Shown here piece after piece: positions 37,962-49,340 of a stretch of 64,000 nt of DNA. Position 1 is the stretch's first letter. Each line of letters starts with the position of its first letter. This stretch comes from an uncultured delta proteobacterium. Its GTDB lineage: Bacteria > Desulfobacterota > Desulfobacteria > Desulfobacterales > Desulfatirhabdiaceae. The position numbers were made by a program, and so were the translations under genes. The stretch spans positions 192,001 through 256,000 of the forward strand of contig CAWBKP010000012.1 in NCBI GenBank assembly GCA_963789395.1. Reading direction: 5' to 3'. The notes beneath the pieces are model-generated. The model did not search any database. It was not told where the DNA came from and worked only from the letters and a program-made list of their open reading frames with translations.

Positions 37962-39542
37962 ATGACCCAGGCAGGATTGTACGACTACGACTATATAGTG
38001 ATTGGCTCCGGCTTCGGTGGCAGTGTTTCTGCACTGCGACTATCGGAAAAAGGTTATAAGGTGGGTGTCCTTGAAAAAGGCAGGCGCTGGAACAAAGAGG
38101 ATTTCCCCAAGACCAACTGGAGCGTCCGAAAATATCTGTGGCTGCCGGCCTTCGGCTGCTACGGCTATCAGATGCTCACTCAACTCAAACATGTCCTGAT
38201 CCTCCACGGCGGCGGTGTCGGCGGAGGCAGTCTGGTCTATGCAAATCAACTGCTCGTTCCGCCGGACGAGGTTTTCGAACGCCCGGAATGGGGGATAAAT
38301 GATTGCAAAGCCAATCTGATGCCGCATTACGAAACAGCCAAGAAAATGCTCGGCGCCAACCCCAGCCCTCAGATCGGCATTGCCGACAAGTGCCTTCGGG
38401 AAGTCGGCATTGAATTGCGGGGAAAGGATACGTTCCACAAAAATGATGTGGGGATTTTTTTCGGAACACCCGACAAAACGGTGCCTGATCCCTACTTCGG
38501 CGGCAAAGGGCCGGAACGGACGGGATGCACTTTCTGCGGTTCTTGTATGATCGGCTGCCCGGTGGGCGCCAAAAATACGCTTGACAGAAACTACCTGTAT
38601 CTGGCGGAAGGGCTTGGAGCCTATGTCATTCCTGAAACCGAGGTGATCGGAGTCAAACCCTATGCAGGCGGATATGAAATCATCACCCGCAAATCCACTG
38701 GATCGCGTCAACCTGAAAAAACCTATCGCGCCGGCCGGGTGGTATTTAGCGGAGGCGTTATGGGTTCGGTTAAACTGCTGTTGAAATGCAGGCAGGAAGG
38801 ACTGCTACCAAACATTTCCAACCAGCTCGGCAATTATATCCGTACCAATTCCGAAGCGCTTCTGGGTGTGAAATCAAACGATAAAACAGTCGATTGGAAC
38901 GATCAGATTGCCATCACGTCCGGCATCTATGCCGACGACACAACCCATATTGAGATGGTGCGCTTGAACAAGGGATCCGATCTTCTGTTCGGTCTCTTGA
39001 CCCTGCTGACAGACGGGGGAGGAGGGATTCCGCGCGTATTTCGGTTTCTGGGCAATATTGTCAGTCATCCGATCAAGTTCGCAAAGCTCCTGTGGCCGTT
39101 TGAAAAGGCATCAACGACAACCGTCGTTCTGGTTATGCAGACCGACGAAAATCACCTCAAAATGGATTACAATCCCCGATGGTGGCGGCTGGGTCGACGC
39201 AGCATGAATACCAGGACGCCTTCCGGTCAAAATCGTTCTCCCTCCTACATCCCAATCGCCAATGAAGTAACCCGGCGCCTGGCAGTTAAAATGAAAGGAG
39301 AACCGTTAAGCTCGATTTCGGAGGCCGTCTTCAATACTTCCTCAACGGCGCACATTCTGGGAGGGTGCTGCATGGGGACTTCGGCCGATACCGGTGTGGT
39401 CGGAATCAATGGTGAGATCTTCGGGTACCCGAATCTCTTTGTGGCAGACGGTTCGGTGGTACCGGCCAATCTGGGTGTCAATCCCAGTCTGACCATAACC
39501 GCCCTTTCGGAATTCATCATGTCTCAGATACCTGCCAGTTAA
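37962..39542 (+). CDS. GMC oxidoreductase, cholesterol-oxidase (ChoD)-like, copy 2
   Basis: Colinear paralog of 3536..5128; ATG at 37962 behind aggaga. Confidence 0.9.
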   Translation: MTQAGLYDYDYIVIGSGFGGSVSALRLSEKGYKVGVLEKGRRWNKEDFPKTNWSVRKYLWLPAFGCYGYQMLTQLKHVLILHGGGVGGGSLVYANQLLVPPDEVFERPEWGINDCKANLMPHYETAKKMLGANPSPQIGIADKCLREVGIELRGKDTFHKNDVGIFFGTPDKTVPDPYFGGKGPERTGCTFCGSCMIGCPVGAKNTLDRNYLYLAEGLGAYVIPETEVIGVKPYAGGYEIITRKSTGSRQPEKTYRAGRVVFSGGVMGSVKLLLKCRQEGLLPNISNQLGNYIRTNSEALLGVKSNDKTVDWNDQIAITSGIYADDTTHIEMVRLNKGSDLLFGLLTLLTDGGGGIPRVFRFLGNIVSHPIKFAKLLWPFEKASTTTVVLVMQTDENHLKMDYNPRWWRLGRRSMNTRTPSGQNRSPSYIPIANEVTRRLAVKMKGEPLSSISEAVFNTSSTAHILGGCCMGTSADTGVVGINGEIFGYPNLFVADGSVVPANLGVNPSLTITALSEFIMSQIPAS

Positions 39543-39623
39543 GCCCAGGAACCCGGAGGAAAAACAGACATCGACATTTCTAATCCTGCACACTAATTTG
39601 AATCGACCGCCAGGAAAAAATAC

Positions 39624-41438
39624 ATGATTCCTCCCAAAGAATTTATCCGCAGAATCCGCCCCTTTTCTTTTTTGTCGGAACATGATCTCGACATCATCAT
39701 ATCCGCCTTGGATGTCGCATTGTTTGAAAAAGGGAGAATAATCCATAAAAAAGGACAGATCTCGGAATACGTTTACGTGATATTCTCCGGACTCGTTGGC
39801 CTCTTTGATGAAGAAGCGGCCGTCGATTACCTTTCGAGAGGTGAAATATTCGGCATTCTATCACTTTACGGCAATCCACTGAGTTCGACTGCCAGAGCAA
39901 TAGAAGATACGGTCTGCTATTTGGTGGCAACGCCGCAATTCAAGGAAATTTTTAATGCAAATGAAAGATTTGCATCGTTTTTCACCACATTCATCAACAG
40001 AAGATTCCGCTCTTTTAAAACCATCGCCTCCGATAAGAAGATCGCCGAGGAAGCCTCGTTCGTTCTGGAAGTTGAGAAGATAATTTATAAAAAGCCGGTT
40101 GTATGCGATGATAAATTGACGGTGGTTGGCGCAGCTTACGAGATGGACAGGCATGCGATCAGTTCGATTGTTGTTGTGGACGACATGACCCCGATCGGCA
40201 TCCTCACCCACAAAGATTTGAGTAAGGTCATCATTCACGGAGAGAAAACGGACCTGATCGCCAAATTCATGTCATCTCCTGTTAAGACTATTACCGAAAG
40301 GGCTACAATCTTTGACGCCTTTACAAAAATGATTGATGCCGGTATAGACCACCTGGTCGTGACGAAAGCAGGCAAAGTCTTTGGCATCGTAACCCGGAAA
40401 GACATCCAGATTCACCTTGAGCCGTCTTTTTCCATCGTCAAACTGTTCAGGAAGGTTCACCGGGCCACTTCCATCGACGAGTTGAAAATCGTCTGTGACG
40501 CGCTTCGGCTATCCATCTCCAAAATTGCAATGACCGGCCCGAATTTCTTCGAATTGACCAAGATGCTGTGCACGGTTCATGATGCGGTGGTAGCCAAGAC
40601 GATCGATATTCTCATTAAAGGACATTCCCGCGATGGGTTCGCCTGGATCCATATGGGCAGTTCCGGCAGAAAAGAAGAGATCATCGCGACCGATCAGGAT
40701 AATGCCCTGATTTACCGGGATGGCTATCCGGTGGCTTTTGCCGGCGCGGTTAACGAATCTCTTGCCAGGATCGGCTTTCCCAAATGCCCGGGAAATTTCA
40801 TGGCATCCAACGACAAGTGGAACCAGCCCCTGTCGGTTTGGAAAGACTACTTCAGGCAGTGGTTTTCGGACCCTGATTCGGATTCTATCCGATACCTTTC
40901 CGTGTTTCTGGACATGAGACCGGTTTATGGAGATACGTCATTGTATGATGAACTGCTGGAATCGATAAAACCGATGGTCACGCGCGAGGCCTTGACCCTG
41001 CTGGCTCAGGATGCGATCGAAATCAAACCGCCCCTTGGTGTTTTCGGGATACTGGGTTTGCATAAGGGGGTGGATCTAAAGACCCATGGCATATATCCGA
41101 TTGCAAACGGTGCAAGGGTGCTGGCTCTGGATATCGGCATCTGGGGGATCACCAGCACCAAGGAGAGGCTGGAATCCTTGAGCGCCAACATGACAATCAC
41201 CCATCAAATGTGCCAGGATTTGATTGAATCTTATGATTTTTTACAGGATTTAAGACTCAGACATCACGCACGCGTGGTATTGAATCAATCTCAGGCGAAT
41301 AATCTGGTAACGGGGAAAGAACTTTCAAAAATCGATTTGCTCATATTAAAGGAATCACTTAAGATCGTCTCCGAATTTCAGGAGTTGTTGAAGAAAAAAT
41401 ATGACGTTTCCCGCACTGTCATTTACAGCCAGCTATAA
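39624..41438 (+). CDS. cNMP-binding/CBS/DUF294 nucleotidyltransferase-like protein
   Basis: N-terminal cNMP fold, two CBS domains, MGSSGRKE...TDQDNAL, CPGNFMASN, DLKTHG, TKERL. Confidence 0.88.
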   Translation: MIPPKEFIRRIRPFSFLSEHDLDIIISALDVALFEKGRIIHKKGQISEYVYVIFSGLVGLFDEEAAVDYLSRGEIFGILSLYGNPLSSTARAIEDTVCYLVATPQFKEIFNANERFASFFTTFINRRFRSFKTIASDKKIAEEASFVLEVEKIIYKKPVVCDDKLTVVGAAYEMDRHAISSIVVVDDMTPIGILTHKDLSKVIIHGEKTDLIAKFMSSPVKTITERATIFDAFTKMIDAGIDHLVVTKAGKVFGIVTRKDIQIHLEPSFSIVKLFRKVHRATSIDELKIVCDALRLSISKIAMTGPNFFELTKMLCTVHDAVVAKTIDILIKGHSRDGFAWIHMGSSGRKEEIIATDQDNALIYRDGYPVAFAGAVNESLARIGFPKCPGNFMASNDKWNQPLSVWKDYFRQWFSDPDSDSIRYLSVFLDMRPVYGDTSLYDELLESIKPMVTREALTLLAQDAIEIKPPLGVFGILGLHKGVDLKTHGIYPIANGARVLALDIGIWGITSTKERLESLSANMTITHQMCQDLIESYDFLQDLRLRHHARVVLNQSQANNLVTGKELSKIDLLILKESLKIVSEFQELLKKKYDVSRTVIYSQL

Positions 41439-41456
41439 AATAATCGATACCCTGCC

Positions 41457-42065
41457 ATGCATATAGAAGATGCCAAATTTTGCGCCGTCGATATCGAGAC
41501 CACGGGATTGAATCCAAAAAAAGATGAAATGATAGCGTTGGCCTGCATGCCGATCATTCAATTGAGAATCCAGGTGCGCGATACATTCCAAACCCTTATC
41601 AAACCGAAGAAATACAACTTTAACGCAATGAAATACCACGGGATAAGTCAAGACAATCTTATGGAAGCCCCGGTGTTTGATGCGGTGGCAGATGAAATTC
41701 TCAATATACTTGACGGTGTACTGGTAGGTCATTCAGTCGAATTTGACGTTAGTTTTCTCAAAATGCACTTCAAGACAGTAGGTGTGAATTTTAGAAGGGA
41801 GTGCCTGGACATTGCCATGATCGAGAGATGGCTGAGGCAAAAGCGGGGAATTCCCGATATGGATTTGAGTTTTGATGCGATGATGCAGTGTTATGGCTTG
41901 AAATCATATTACCGGCATAACGCCGCCGCAGATGCTTTCTTTGCGGCCCAGATCTTTCAAATGCAGATGCGGCAGATGATGGCGCTTGGCGTTGATACCG
42001 TAGACAAGGTCATCAAAGCGGCAAGGAGTTGCGTGTACGATGGGTGCGACGTCGCCTTCTTGTGA
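41457..42065 (+). CDS. DEDDh 3'-5' exonuclease (DnaQ-like)
   Basis: DIETTGL, GHSVEFD, HNAAADA. Confidence 0.88.
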   Translation: MHIEDAKFCAVDIETTGLNPKKDEMIALACMPIIQLRIQVRDTFQTLIKPKKYNFNAMKYHGISQDNLMEAPVFDAVADEILNILDGVLVGHSVEFDVSFLKMHFKTVGVNFRRECLDIAMIERWLRQKRGIPDMDLSFDAMMQCYGLKSYYRHNAAADAFFAAQIFQMQMRQMMALGVDTVDKVIKAARSCVYDGCDVAFL

Positions 42066-42076
42066 TTGGGTAATTT

Positions 42077-44068
42077 ATGTCTTTTGATCTGGTTTCACCG
42101 TTTGTTCCTAGAGGCGATCAACCCCAGGCGATCGAGATGCTCTGCAGGCATCTTCAATCCGGAAGCAAGCACCATGTGCTGTTGGGGGTTACAGGCTCCG
42201 GCAAGACCTTTACCATGGCCCAGGTCATTGCCCGGCTGGACAGGCCGAGCCTTGTCATCGCCCCCAACAAGACCCTGGCCGCCCAGTTGTACAGTGAATT
42301 CCGCTCGCTGTTCCCGAACAATGCCGTGGAATATTTCGTCAGCTATTATGATTACTACCAGCCCGAAGCCTATATCCCGACGAGCGACACCTATATTCAG
42401 AAAGATTCCTCGATCAACGAAACCATCGACAAGATGCGCCACTCCGCCACCATGTCTGTCCTGACGCGCCGGGACGTTCTGGTTGTGGCCAGCGTTTCCT
42501 GCATCTACGGATTGGGAGCGCCGGAGGACTATCTTGCCATGCGGGTTCCCATTGAATGCGGGACGGAAATGCCGAGAGACTCTTTCCTGCGGAGCCTGGT
42601 GGCCATTCAGTACGAGCGGAACGATATGGATTTTCACCGGGGGGTGTTCCGGGTCCGGGGAGACCGGGTGGAAATCTTTCCCGCCTACGAAGAGGACAAA
42701 GCCGTTCGGGTGGAGTTTTTCGGGGATGAAATCGACGGCATCTTCGAAATCGATCCGCTCAGAGGCACGGTCATCAGGAAACTGAATCAAACGGCCATTT
42801 TTCCGGCCAGCCATTATGTCACCCAGAAAACCACGCTTCAGCGGGCGGTGCATTCCATTCTGGCTGAAATGAAAGACCAGGTAGCGTTTTTCCGGCAGGA
42901 AAACAAACTCATCGAGGCCCAGCGGATCGAGGAAAGAACCCAGTATGATATCGAAATGATGATGGAGATCGGATACTGCAACGGCATTGAAAATTATTCC
43001 CGGCACCTGACAGGACGATCACAAGGAGAGCCGCCCCCGACGCTTCTGGATTATTTTCCGGAGGATTATCTGGTTTTTTTTGATGAAAGCCATATTGCCG
43101 TTCCGCAGATGCGTGCCATGTACCAGGGGGACCGGTCCCGCAAAAACACCCTGGTGCATTACGGATTCCGCCTGCCGTCCGCCCTGGACAACCGCCCACT
43201 TAAATTCGAAGAATCCGAAGACCGGATCCATCAGGTGGTCTATGTCTCGGCAACGCCCGCGGACTACGAAATGGAAAAAGGAAAAGATGCCCTGGTCGAG
43301 CAGATCGTGCGGCCCACTGGACTCATTGATCCCGAAATCGAGGTAAGAAGCGCGCAGCATCAGGTGGATGATTTATTGGAGGAAATCGGAAAACGCACCC
43401 TGCAGAAAGAGCGCGTGCTGGTCACCACTCTGACCAAGCGGATGGCAGAGGATTTGACCGAATACTACACGGATATGGGAATCCGGGTGCGCTATCTGCA
43501 TTCGGACATAACCACCCTGGAGCGGATGGATATCATCCGGGACCTTCGACTGGGGGAATTTGACGTTCTGGTGGGCATCAACCTCCTGCGGGAAGGGCTG
43601 GATATTCCCGAAGTGTCCCTTGTGGCGATTCTGGATGCGGACAAGGAAGGGTTTCTGCGTTCCACCCGGTCTCTGATACAAACCTGCGGCAGGGCAGCCA
43701 GAAATCTTCAGGGAAAGGTCATTCTCTATGCCGACAAGGTCACCGATTCCATGCGCCGGGCAATGGATGAAACATTGCGCCGCCGTGAAATCCAGACCAC
43801 ATATAATCTGAAGCACCACATCGTTCCGGAAACCATTACCAAAGAAATCACCGCCATGTTTGAAACCGTCACGGACACGGGTAAAACAGCCAGAAACAAA
43901 GCAGCCGAATCGGTAAAACCTTTTCAAACTCTTGATGAACTGGACAGCATCATCGCATCGCTTGAAAGTGAAATGGAAGCCGCGGCAAAAGCCCTGGATT
44001 TTGAGCGGGCGGCCATGTTCAGGGATCACATCAAAGAACTTCGAAAAACTGCTGTTTTCACGGTATAA
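42077..44068 (+). CDS. uvrB: Excinuclease ABC subunit B
   Basis: [38 protein letters not shown]-terminal UVR motif. Confidence 0.98.
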   Translation: MSFDLVSPFVPRGDQPQAIEMLCRHLQSGSKHHVLLGVTGSGKTFTMAQVIARLDRPSLVIAPNKTLAAQLYSEFRSLFPNNAVEYFVSYYDYYQPEAYIPTSDTYIQKDSSINETIDKMRHSATMSVLTRRDVLVVASVSCIYGLGAPEDYLAMRVPIECGTEMPRDSFLRSLVAIQYERNDMDFHRGVFRVRGDRVEIFPAYEEDKAVRVEFFGDEIDGIFEIDPLRGTVIRKLNQTAIFPASHYVTQKTTLQRAVHSILAEMKDQVAFFRQENKLIEAQRIEERTQYDIEMMMEIGYCNGIENYSRHLTGRSQGEPPPTLLDYFPEDYLVFFDESHIAVPQMRAMYQGDRSRKNTLVHYGFRLPSALDNRPLKFEESEDRIHQVVYVSATPADYEMEKGKDALVEQIVRPTGLIDPEIEVRSAQHQVDDLLEEIGKRTLQKERVLVTTLTKRMAEDLTEYYTDMGIRVRYLHSDITTLERMDIIRDLRLGEFDVLVGINLLREGLDIPEVSLVAILDADKEGFLRSTRSLIQTCGRAARNLQGKVILYADKVTDSMRRAMDETLRRREIQTTYNLKHHIVPETITKEITAMFETVTDTGKTARNKAAESVKPFQTLDELDSIIASLESEMEAAAKALDFERAAMFRDHIKELRKTAVFTV

Positions 44069-44144
44069 TCCGTCCAATTTATTATTCGGGCATAACCGTC
44101 CGTTCAGACAGCACTGATTTGAGTCTCCCTTCCCAGAAAATTAA

Positions 44145-44227
44145 TTCCCCCTTTTTAGAAGGAGGCCAGGGGGGATTTCAAATGGTCCGTAAAAAATCCC
44201 CCTCAATTCCCCTTTTACAATGGGGAA
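44145..44227. repeat. REP-like inverted pair of palindromic units
   Basis: ttccccctttttagaaggaggccaggggggattt (44145-44178) and inverted copy aaatccccctcaattccccttttacaatggggaa (44194-44227) between convergent genes. Confidence 0.65.
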
Positions 44228-44277
44228 GGTATCCTTTTTATTGCCGGGCGTGAATGCCCTCGGAAATTCATGCTCGG

Positions 44278-46265
44278 TTACGACCTCTGACTGAGATGGG
44301 GAAAACAATCCGTCATATGGGGCAGTTGCGTAGCTTCGATGAGTTGATGCTGAAAATCTTTTTCCAGTGTCAGTTCGATATAGGTCACGTTTTGACATAC
44401 CTGGTCGGCTTCCAGCCGTTTTTTTCGATCCAGCAGTACGATCCGGCATCCGTCTCCGGCAGCATTTCCCACGCAGCTGACGGTTTCAAGCGGCGCGTCC
44501 GGAAACATCCCCATCACCAGCGCCAGCCTGCGGTCCACATGGGTGCCGAAAGCGCCGGCGATTTTTACACGATCGGCTGCTGGAAGATTCAGCCTGCGCA
44601 TCATGAGCTTGCATCCGGTGTAGATGGATGCCTTGGCCAGCTGAATCTGGCGGATGTCTTTCTGGGTGATGACGATATCTTTTCCCATAACGGTTTCATT
44701 GGCCCAGGCCAGAACGAATTCCTTCATGCCGGTTTCCGGATTTTCCCGGAACCGTTCGGTGCGCCGGGCATCGGCACTGAAAGCGCCGCTCTTGGCAACA
44801 ATGCCTGCCAGAAAAAGCTGGGCCAGTACATCCAGAATGCCGGAGCCGCATATACCGCGGGTTTTCATGTCTTCGGGAACCGAATAGCTTCGCCAGGCAT
44901 CCCGTCCAATGACTTTATAGTCCACTTCATGGGTATCCGGATCGATGGACACCCTTTCAATGGCGCCGGGCGCCGCCCGCATGCCGAATTCGATCTGGGC
45001 CCCTTCCAGGGCGGGACCCGTGGCGCACGAAGAGCAGATCAACTGATCTTTGTTGCCCAGCACCAGCTCTCCGTTGGTGCCGATATCGATGATAAGCTGG
45101 ATTTCTTCATGCTGGTGGGGCGCTTCGGCCAGAATGACGCCGATATTGTCGCCGCCGACATACCCCGCCGGATTGGGAAGAAAAAACACATTGGCCGAAG
45201 GGTTGATGCGAAGCCCGATATCCCTGGCTTTCACATCCAGACTGTGATGCACTACGGGCGTAAAGGGAATGGACCCCAGCGGTTCGGGATCGAGCTGGAG
45301 CAGAATATGATGCATGGCCGTGTTGCATCCGATGGTGACATCCAGAATATCTTCGCGGGCAAATGCGTGCCGTTCCATCTGTTTCGGATTTCTCATCTCC
45401 AGTCGACTCACTGCCGCCGCAAAGGGCCTGATCGACCAGCTGGTTCAGAGCACCTACCAGCTCGGCGCTCATCCGTGCCAAGCCCCCGGGATTGCCCATA
45501 TGATAGGTGATGCGCGAAACCACGTCTTCGCCATACCGGACCTGGGGATTCATCATGGACAGGGTGTCCAGCACCTTGCCGGTGTTCAGGTCGCAAAGGT
45601 AGGCGGCAAGGGTGGTGGTTCCGATGTCGATGGCCAGTCCATAGCCTGTAACCTGCCTTCCGGACCGAAACCGGATGATTTCCCGATCCATCCAGATGCT
45701 GACGGTGATTTTCCAGTCTCCGTCTCTGAGCGCCCGAGGAAGGCCGCGCATGGCAATAATATCGCAATGCAGCCCACGCAGGCCATGCTGTGTTTCCAAT
45801 GCATCCAAAACCCGCTCGAGATCTGCGGTTGAATCCTCAAGCGTCGGTTCTTTCACCGCAATCACAGTAGTGTTTTACGGCAGGATCCAGGTCGATTGGA
45901 ATCTCTCTGGCGGCTTTACTCACTACCTGCTTTCCGGCACGGGAGGCTTCCGGCACAAATATCAGCAGATCTCCCTGCACCGAAGCTGCGCAACCCAGGC
46001 GGTATCCGGCCTGTCTTTCCGCAGCGTCGATAAAGGCGCTCTCCGAATCCTGCCACGCCCCGGCATGCTCCGCTCTGGATTTCAAGCCGAATTTTTCAAA
46101 TTCACCTTCTTCTATTCTGATTTTACATTTGCCGCATACTTGTGTTTCGCCGCAGGGCGCTTCGATATCCACGCCAAGAAGTCTGGATGCCTCCACCACC
46201 GATATCCCAAGAGGTACCGCCCCCCTTCTTCCCGAAGGCTGAAAAATAACCATCGCCGTATTCAC
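44278..46265 (-). CDS. ASKHA/DUF4445 reductive activator of corrinoid proteins (RACo-like) with N-terminal 2Fe-2S domain, two frameshifts
   Basis: CGETQVCGKC...RLGC; DIGTTT, NPQVRYGEDVVSRI, CNTAMHH, YVGGD, DIGTNGE, SCATGPALEG, GICGSG, ITQKDIRQIQLAK, AGAFG, GNAAG across ORFs 45837..46265, 45107..45865, 44278..45411. Confidence 0.9.
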
Positions 46266-46357
46266 GTCCGCCTCCCTTCAACACCCGGCAGTTTTCGGAG
46301 TTTCCTGAATCACCCACAAGGTTCAGGGTTCCATTGCACGTCCGCATATCAGCCGGA

Positions 46358-46394
46358 ATGTCTATACAAACCATTTCAACCGTTTTCATGTCAA
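46358..46394 (-). promoter_or_regulatory. HutC-type operator with upstream TTGACA in front of the RACo-like gene
   Basis: Minus strand TTGACA (46394-46389), then TTTGTATAGACAT (46370-46358). Confidence 0.6.
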
Positions 46395-46520
46395 TACGAA
46401 ATCGAACAGCCCCACCATACCGACACTTAACCAACTCAGATTACGTAGAAACCCGTCCCGATAAAAGCATGAATGACATTTCCAAAGACAGGACCAAAAT
46501 GATGCAGCCGGTGTTTTTTC

Positions 46521-46574
46521 TTGACAATATCACACGGGTCAAATTATTTGTGGAATCAAACTGTATATACAACA
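46521..46574 (+). promoter_or_regulatory. TTGACA element plus HutC-type operator upstream of the amino-acid ABC operon
   Basis: TTGACA at 46521; CTGTATATACAACA at 46561-46574, identical to 59432-59445. Confidence 0.75.
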
Positions 46575-46789
46575 ATAAGGTGTTACACCCCAATCAATAC
46601 CCGAAGATTAATAAAAGATCAATGTAACCTGTTGACTTAAAACCCAACATTTTTATATAACATCAATAAGTAAAGAATATCCGTTTACGGAACAATATCT
46701 CAGACTGTATTTGCGTTTTATCGGATTCTCCGGATAGCATCGAAGAAGGTTGCACTCGATACGGCAACCGAAACCATGGAAACTGCCGA

Positions 46790-47611
46790 ATGAACAGCCT
46801 GTCCCAGAAAGCCAAGAAAAAACTCCGGTTTTTCCGTAACCATTCATCACTCATTGATGTCCTGAAATATCTATCCGTCATTCTGTCTATTATCTGGCTG
46901 ATCACTGCTGGAACAGAAAAACTCGGATATAACTGGCAGTGGTACCGTGTTCCCCGTTACATCTTCACGTTCGAGGACGGTCACCTGGCCGCCGGCCCCC
47001 TCATCCAGGGCCTGATGATCACGTTTCAAGTTTCCGGGATCAGCCTGCTGTTTTCCTTTGCCATCGGACTGACGGCGGCCCTGTTTCGGCTGTCCAACTC
47101 CCATGCAGCCCGATTTCTGGCGCGCTGCTATCTGGAAACGATCCGCAACACGCCACTGGTGGTTCAGCTCTTTTTTATCTATTTTGTTCTTGGTCCGGTC
47201 CTGGGGATCGAACGTTTTTTTTGTGCTGTTTTAGCCCTTAGCCTTTTTGAAGGAGCCTATGCCTCGGAAATTTTTCGAGCCGGCATCGTTTCCATTCATA
47301 AGGGTCAGTGGGAAGCCGCCTACAGCCTGGGACTCAGCGGATTCGACACCTATCGCTGCATTGTTCTGCCCCAGGCCATCCGGCGAATTCTGCCGCCGCT
47401 GACCAGTCAGGGAATTTCCCTGATCAAGGACTCGGCCCTGGTCAGCATTATCGCAGTCTATGACCTGACCATGCAGGGCCAGGTCATCATCTCTGAAACC
47501 TTTCTGACTTTTGAGCTCTGGTTTACGGTTGCCGCCATTTACCTGGCCGTCACCGTAACGCTGTCGGTTCTGGTCAATTTCCTGGAGAATCACCTCAGCG
47601 TTCAGACATAG
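46790..47611 (+). CDS. Polar amino acid ABC transporter permease
   Basis: [37 protein letters not shown]. Confidence 0.92.
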   Translation: MNSLSQKAKKKLRFFRNHSSLIDVLKYLSVILSIIWLITAGTEKLGYNWQWYRVPRYIFTFEDGHLAAGPLIQGLMITFQVSGISLLFSFAIGLTAALFRLSNSHAARFLARCYLETIRNTPLVVQLFFIYFVLGPVLGIERFFCAVLALSLFEGAYASEIFRAGIVSIHKGQWEAAYSLGLSGFDTYRCIVLPQAIRRILPPLTSQGISLIKDSALVSIIAVYDLTMQGQVIISETFLTFELWFTVAAIYLAVTVTLSVLVNFLENHLSVQT

Positions 47612-47634
47612 ACGTTAAGGAAGGAGCCTTTCGA

Positions 47635-48390
47635 ATGCAGGAAAAACAGTTCGGTGATTACATCATCACCGTGGAGAACATCAACAAGACCTTCTCCAAC
47701 GGTGTCGTGGCGCTGGATGATTTCACAACCCATATCCGGCGCAGCGAAGTGGTTGTGGTCATCGGCCCTTCCGGATCCGGCAAATCCACATTTCTGCGCT
47801 GCCTGAACGGTCTTGAGGATATAGACAGCGGATCCATTGTGGTCGACGGCATTCCGCTGGACGACAATAAGAAAAACAGGCTTGAGATCCGGAAAGAAGT
47901 CGGCATGGTCTTTCAGCAGTTCAATCTCTTTCCGCACATGACCGTCCGCGACAATATCAATCTGGCCCAGCAACTGGTTCGGAAAAAAAGCCGTGCTGAG
48001 GCAACAGAAATGACCATGGACCTGCTTCGAAAGGTCAATATCTTGGAGAAAGCCGATGCTTTTCCGGCCCAGCTGAGCGGCGGCCAGCAGCAGCGGGTAG
48101 CCATTGCCCGGGCACTTGCCATGATGCCCAAGGTCATGCTGTTTGATGAAGCCACCAGCGCTCTGGACCCGGAGATGATCGGCGAGGTGCTGGAAGTCAT
48201 GAAAACCCTTGCCAGAGAAGGGATGACCATGGTGGTGGTCACCCATGAAATGGGGTTTGCCCGTGAGGTGAGCGACTGGGTGATTTTCATGGAAAACGGG
48301 AAAATTGTGGAAGGGGGAACTGCCGAGCATTTTTTCAGTCAACCCCGGGAGGAACGGACCCGGGTTTTTCTCAGCCAGATACTGTCATAG
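47635..48390 (+). CDS. Polar amino acid ABC transporter ATPase
   Basis: [36 protein letters not shown]. Confidence 0.94.
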   Translation: MQEKQFGDYIITVENINKTFSNGVVALDDFTTHIRRSEVVVVIGPSGSGKSTFLRCLNGLEDIDSGSIVVDGIPLDDNKKNRLEIRKEVGMVFQQFNLFPHMTVRDNINLAQQLVRKKSRAEATEMTMDLLRKVNILEKADAFPAQLSGGQQQRVAIARALAMMPKVMLFDEATSALDPEMIGEVLEVMKTLAREGMTMVVVTHEMGFAREVSDWVIFMENGKIVEGGTAEHFFSQPREERTRVFLSQILS

Positions 48391-48426
48391 AATTTCTCTT
48401 CAGACAATAAATGTAAGGTTTGCATC

Positions 48427-49308
48427 TTGAGGAAAAAACTGAAATTTACACTGCTGGATGCCGTCATTCTGCTAATTGTCGCTGCCATCCTGGGCTATAT
48501 CAGTTACCGCATCACCGTCGGGCTGCATTATAATTGGAACTGGGGAGCCATTCCCCAATACCTGTTTCGCCGGGATGCGGAAACCGGAAAATGGACAGCA
48601 AATCTATTGATGCAGGGCCTTTTTACGACAATTCGGCTCAGCATCTGGGCAACCTTGCTGGCAACGATTCTGGGAACCGTTGCCGGTTTTTTCCGAATCA
48701 GCAAAAGTCTGTTCAAACGTCTGCTGGGGCGAACGTTCGTGGAGTTGATTCGAAATACGCCCCCCCTGGTGCTGATCTTTATCTTTTATTTTTTTGTCAG
48801 CGATCAGATCATGCCGATTCTGGGCGTGGATGAGTTTGCCAGAAATGCCTCGGCGCGCACACAAAGCATATTGACTTTCCTGTTCGCGCCGCCGCGGTTT
48901 CTTACCGCGTTCATTTCAGCCACAGTAACCGTTGCGATTTTCGAGGCAGCCTATATCACGGAAATCATTCGCGCCGGCATTCAGTCCATAGAAAAAGGCC
49001 AGTTCGAAGCCGCTCATGCCCTGGGATTGTCCTGGCGGCAGAAAATGCAGCATGTCATCCTGCCCCAGGCCATTCAGAGAATCCTGCCCCCGCTGGCCGG
49101 TCAATTTATCTCCACCATCAAGGATTCGGCCATTGTTTCGGTGATCTCCATTCCGGAACTCTGTTTTCAGGGGATGGAGCTGATGGCCGCCACCTACCTG
49201 ACGTTTGAATGCTGGATCACCATTACGGTTTTGTACCTGATACTGACCCTCAGTCTGTCCCTGGCAGTAGAGCGTCTGGAAATATTCATGAGAAGGAGCA
49301 CAGCTTGA
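48427..49308 (+). CDS. Polar amino acid ABC transporter permease
   Basis: IRNTPPLV, AYITEIIRAG, GQFEAAHALG, TIKDSAI. Confidence 0.92.
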   Translation: MRKKLKFTLLDAVILLIVAAILGYISYRITVGLHYNWNWGAIPQYLFRRDAETGKWTANLLMQGLFTTIRLSIWATLLATILGTVAGFFRISKSLFKRLLGRTFVELIRNTPPLVLIFIFYFFVSDQIMPILGVDEFARNASARTQSILTFLFAPPRFLTAFISATVTVAIFEAAYITEIIRAGIQSIEKGQFEAAHALGLSWRQKMQHVILPQAIQRILPPLAGQFISTIKDSAIVSVISIPELCFQGMELMAATYLTFECWITITVLYLILTLSLSLAVERLEIFMRRSTA

Positions 49309-49340
49309 TTAATGAACATCACACACCAAAAGGAGGCATT

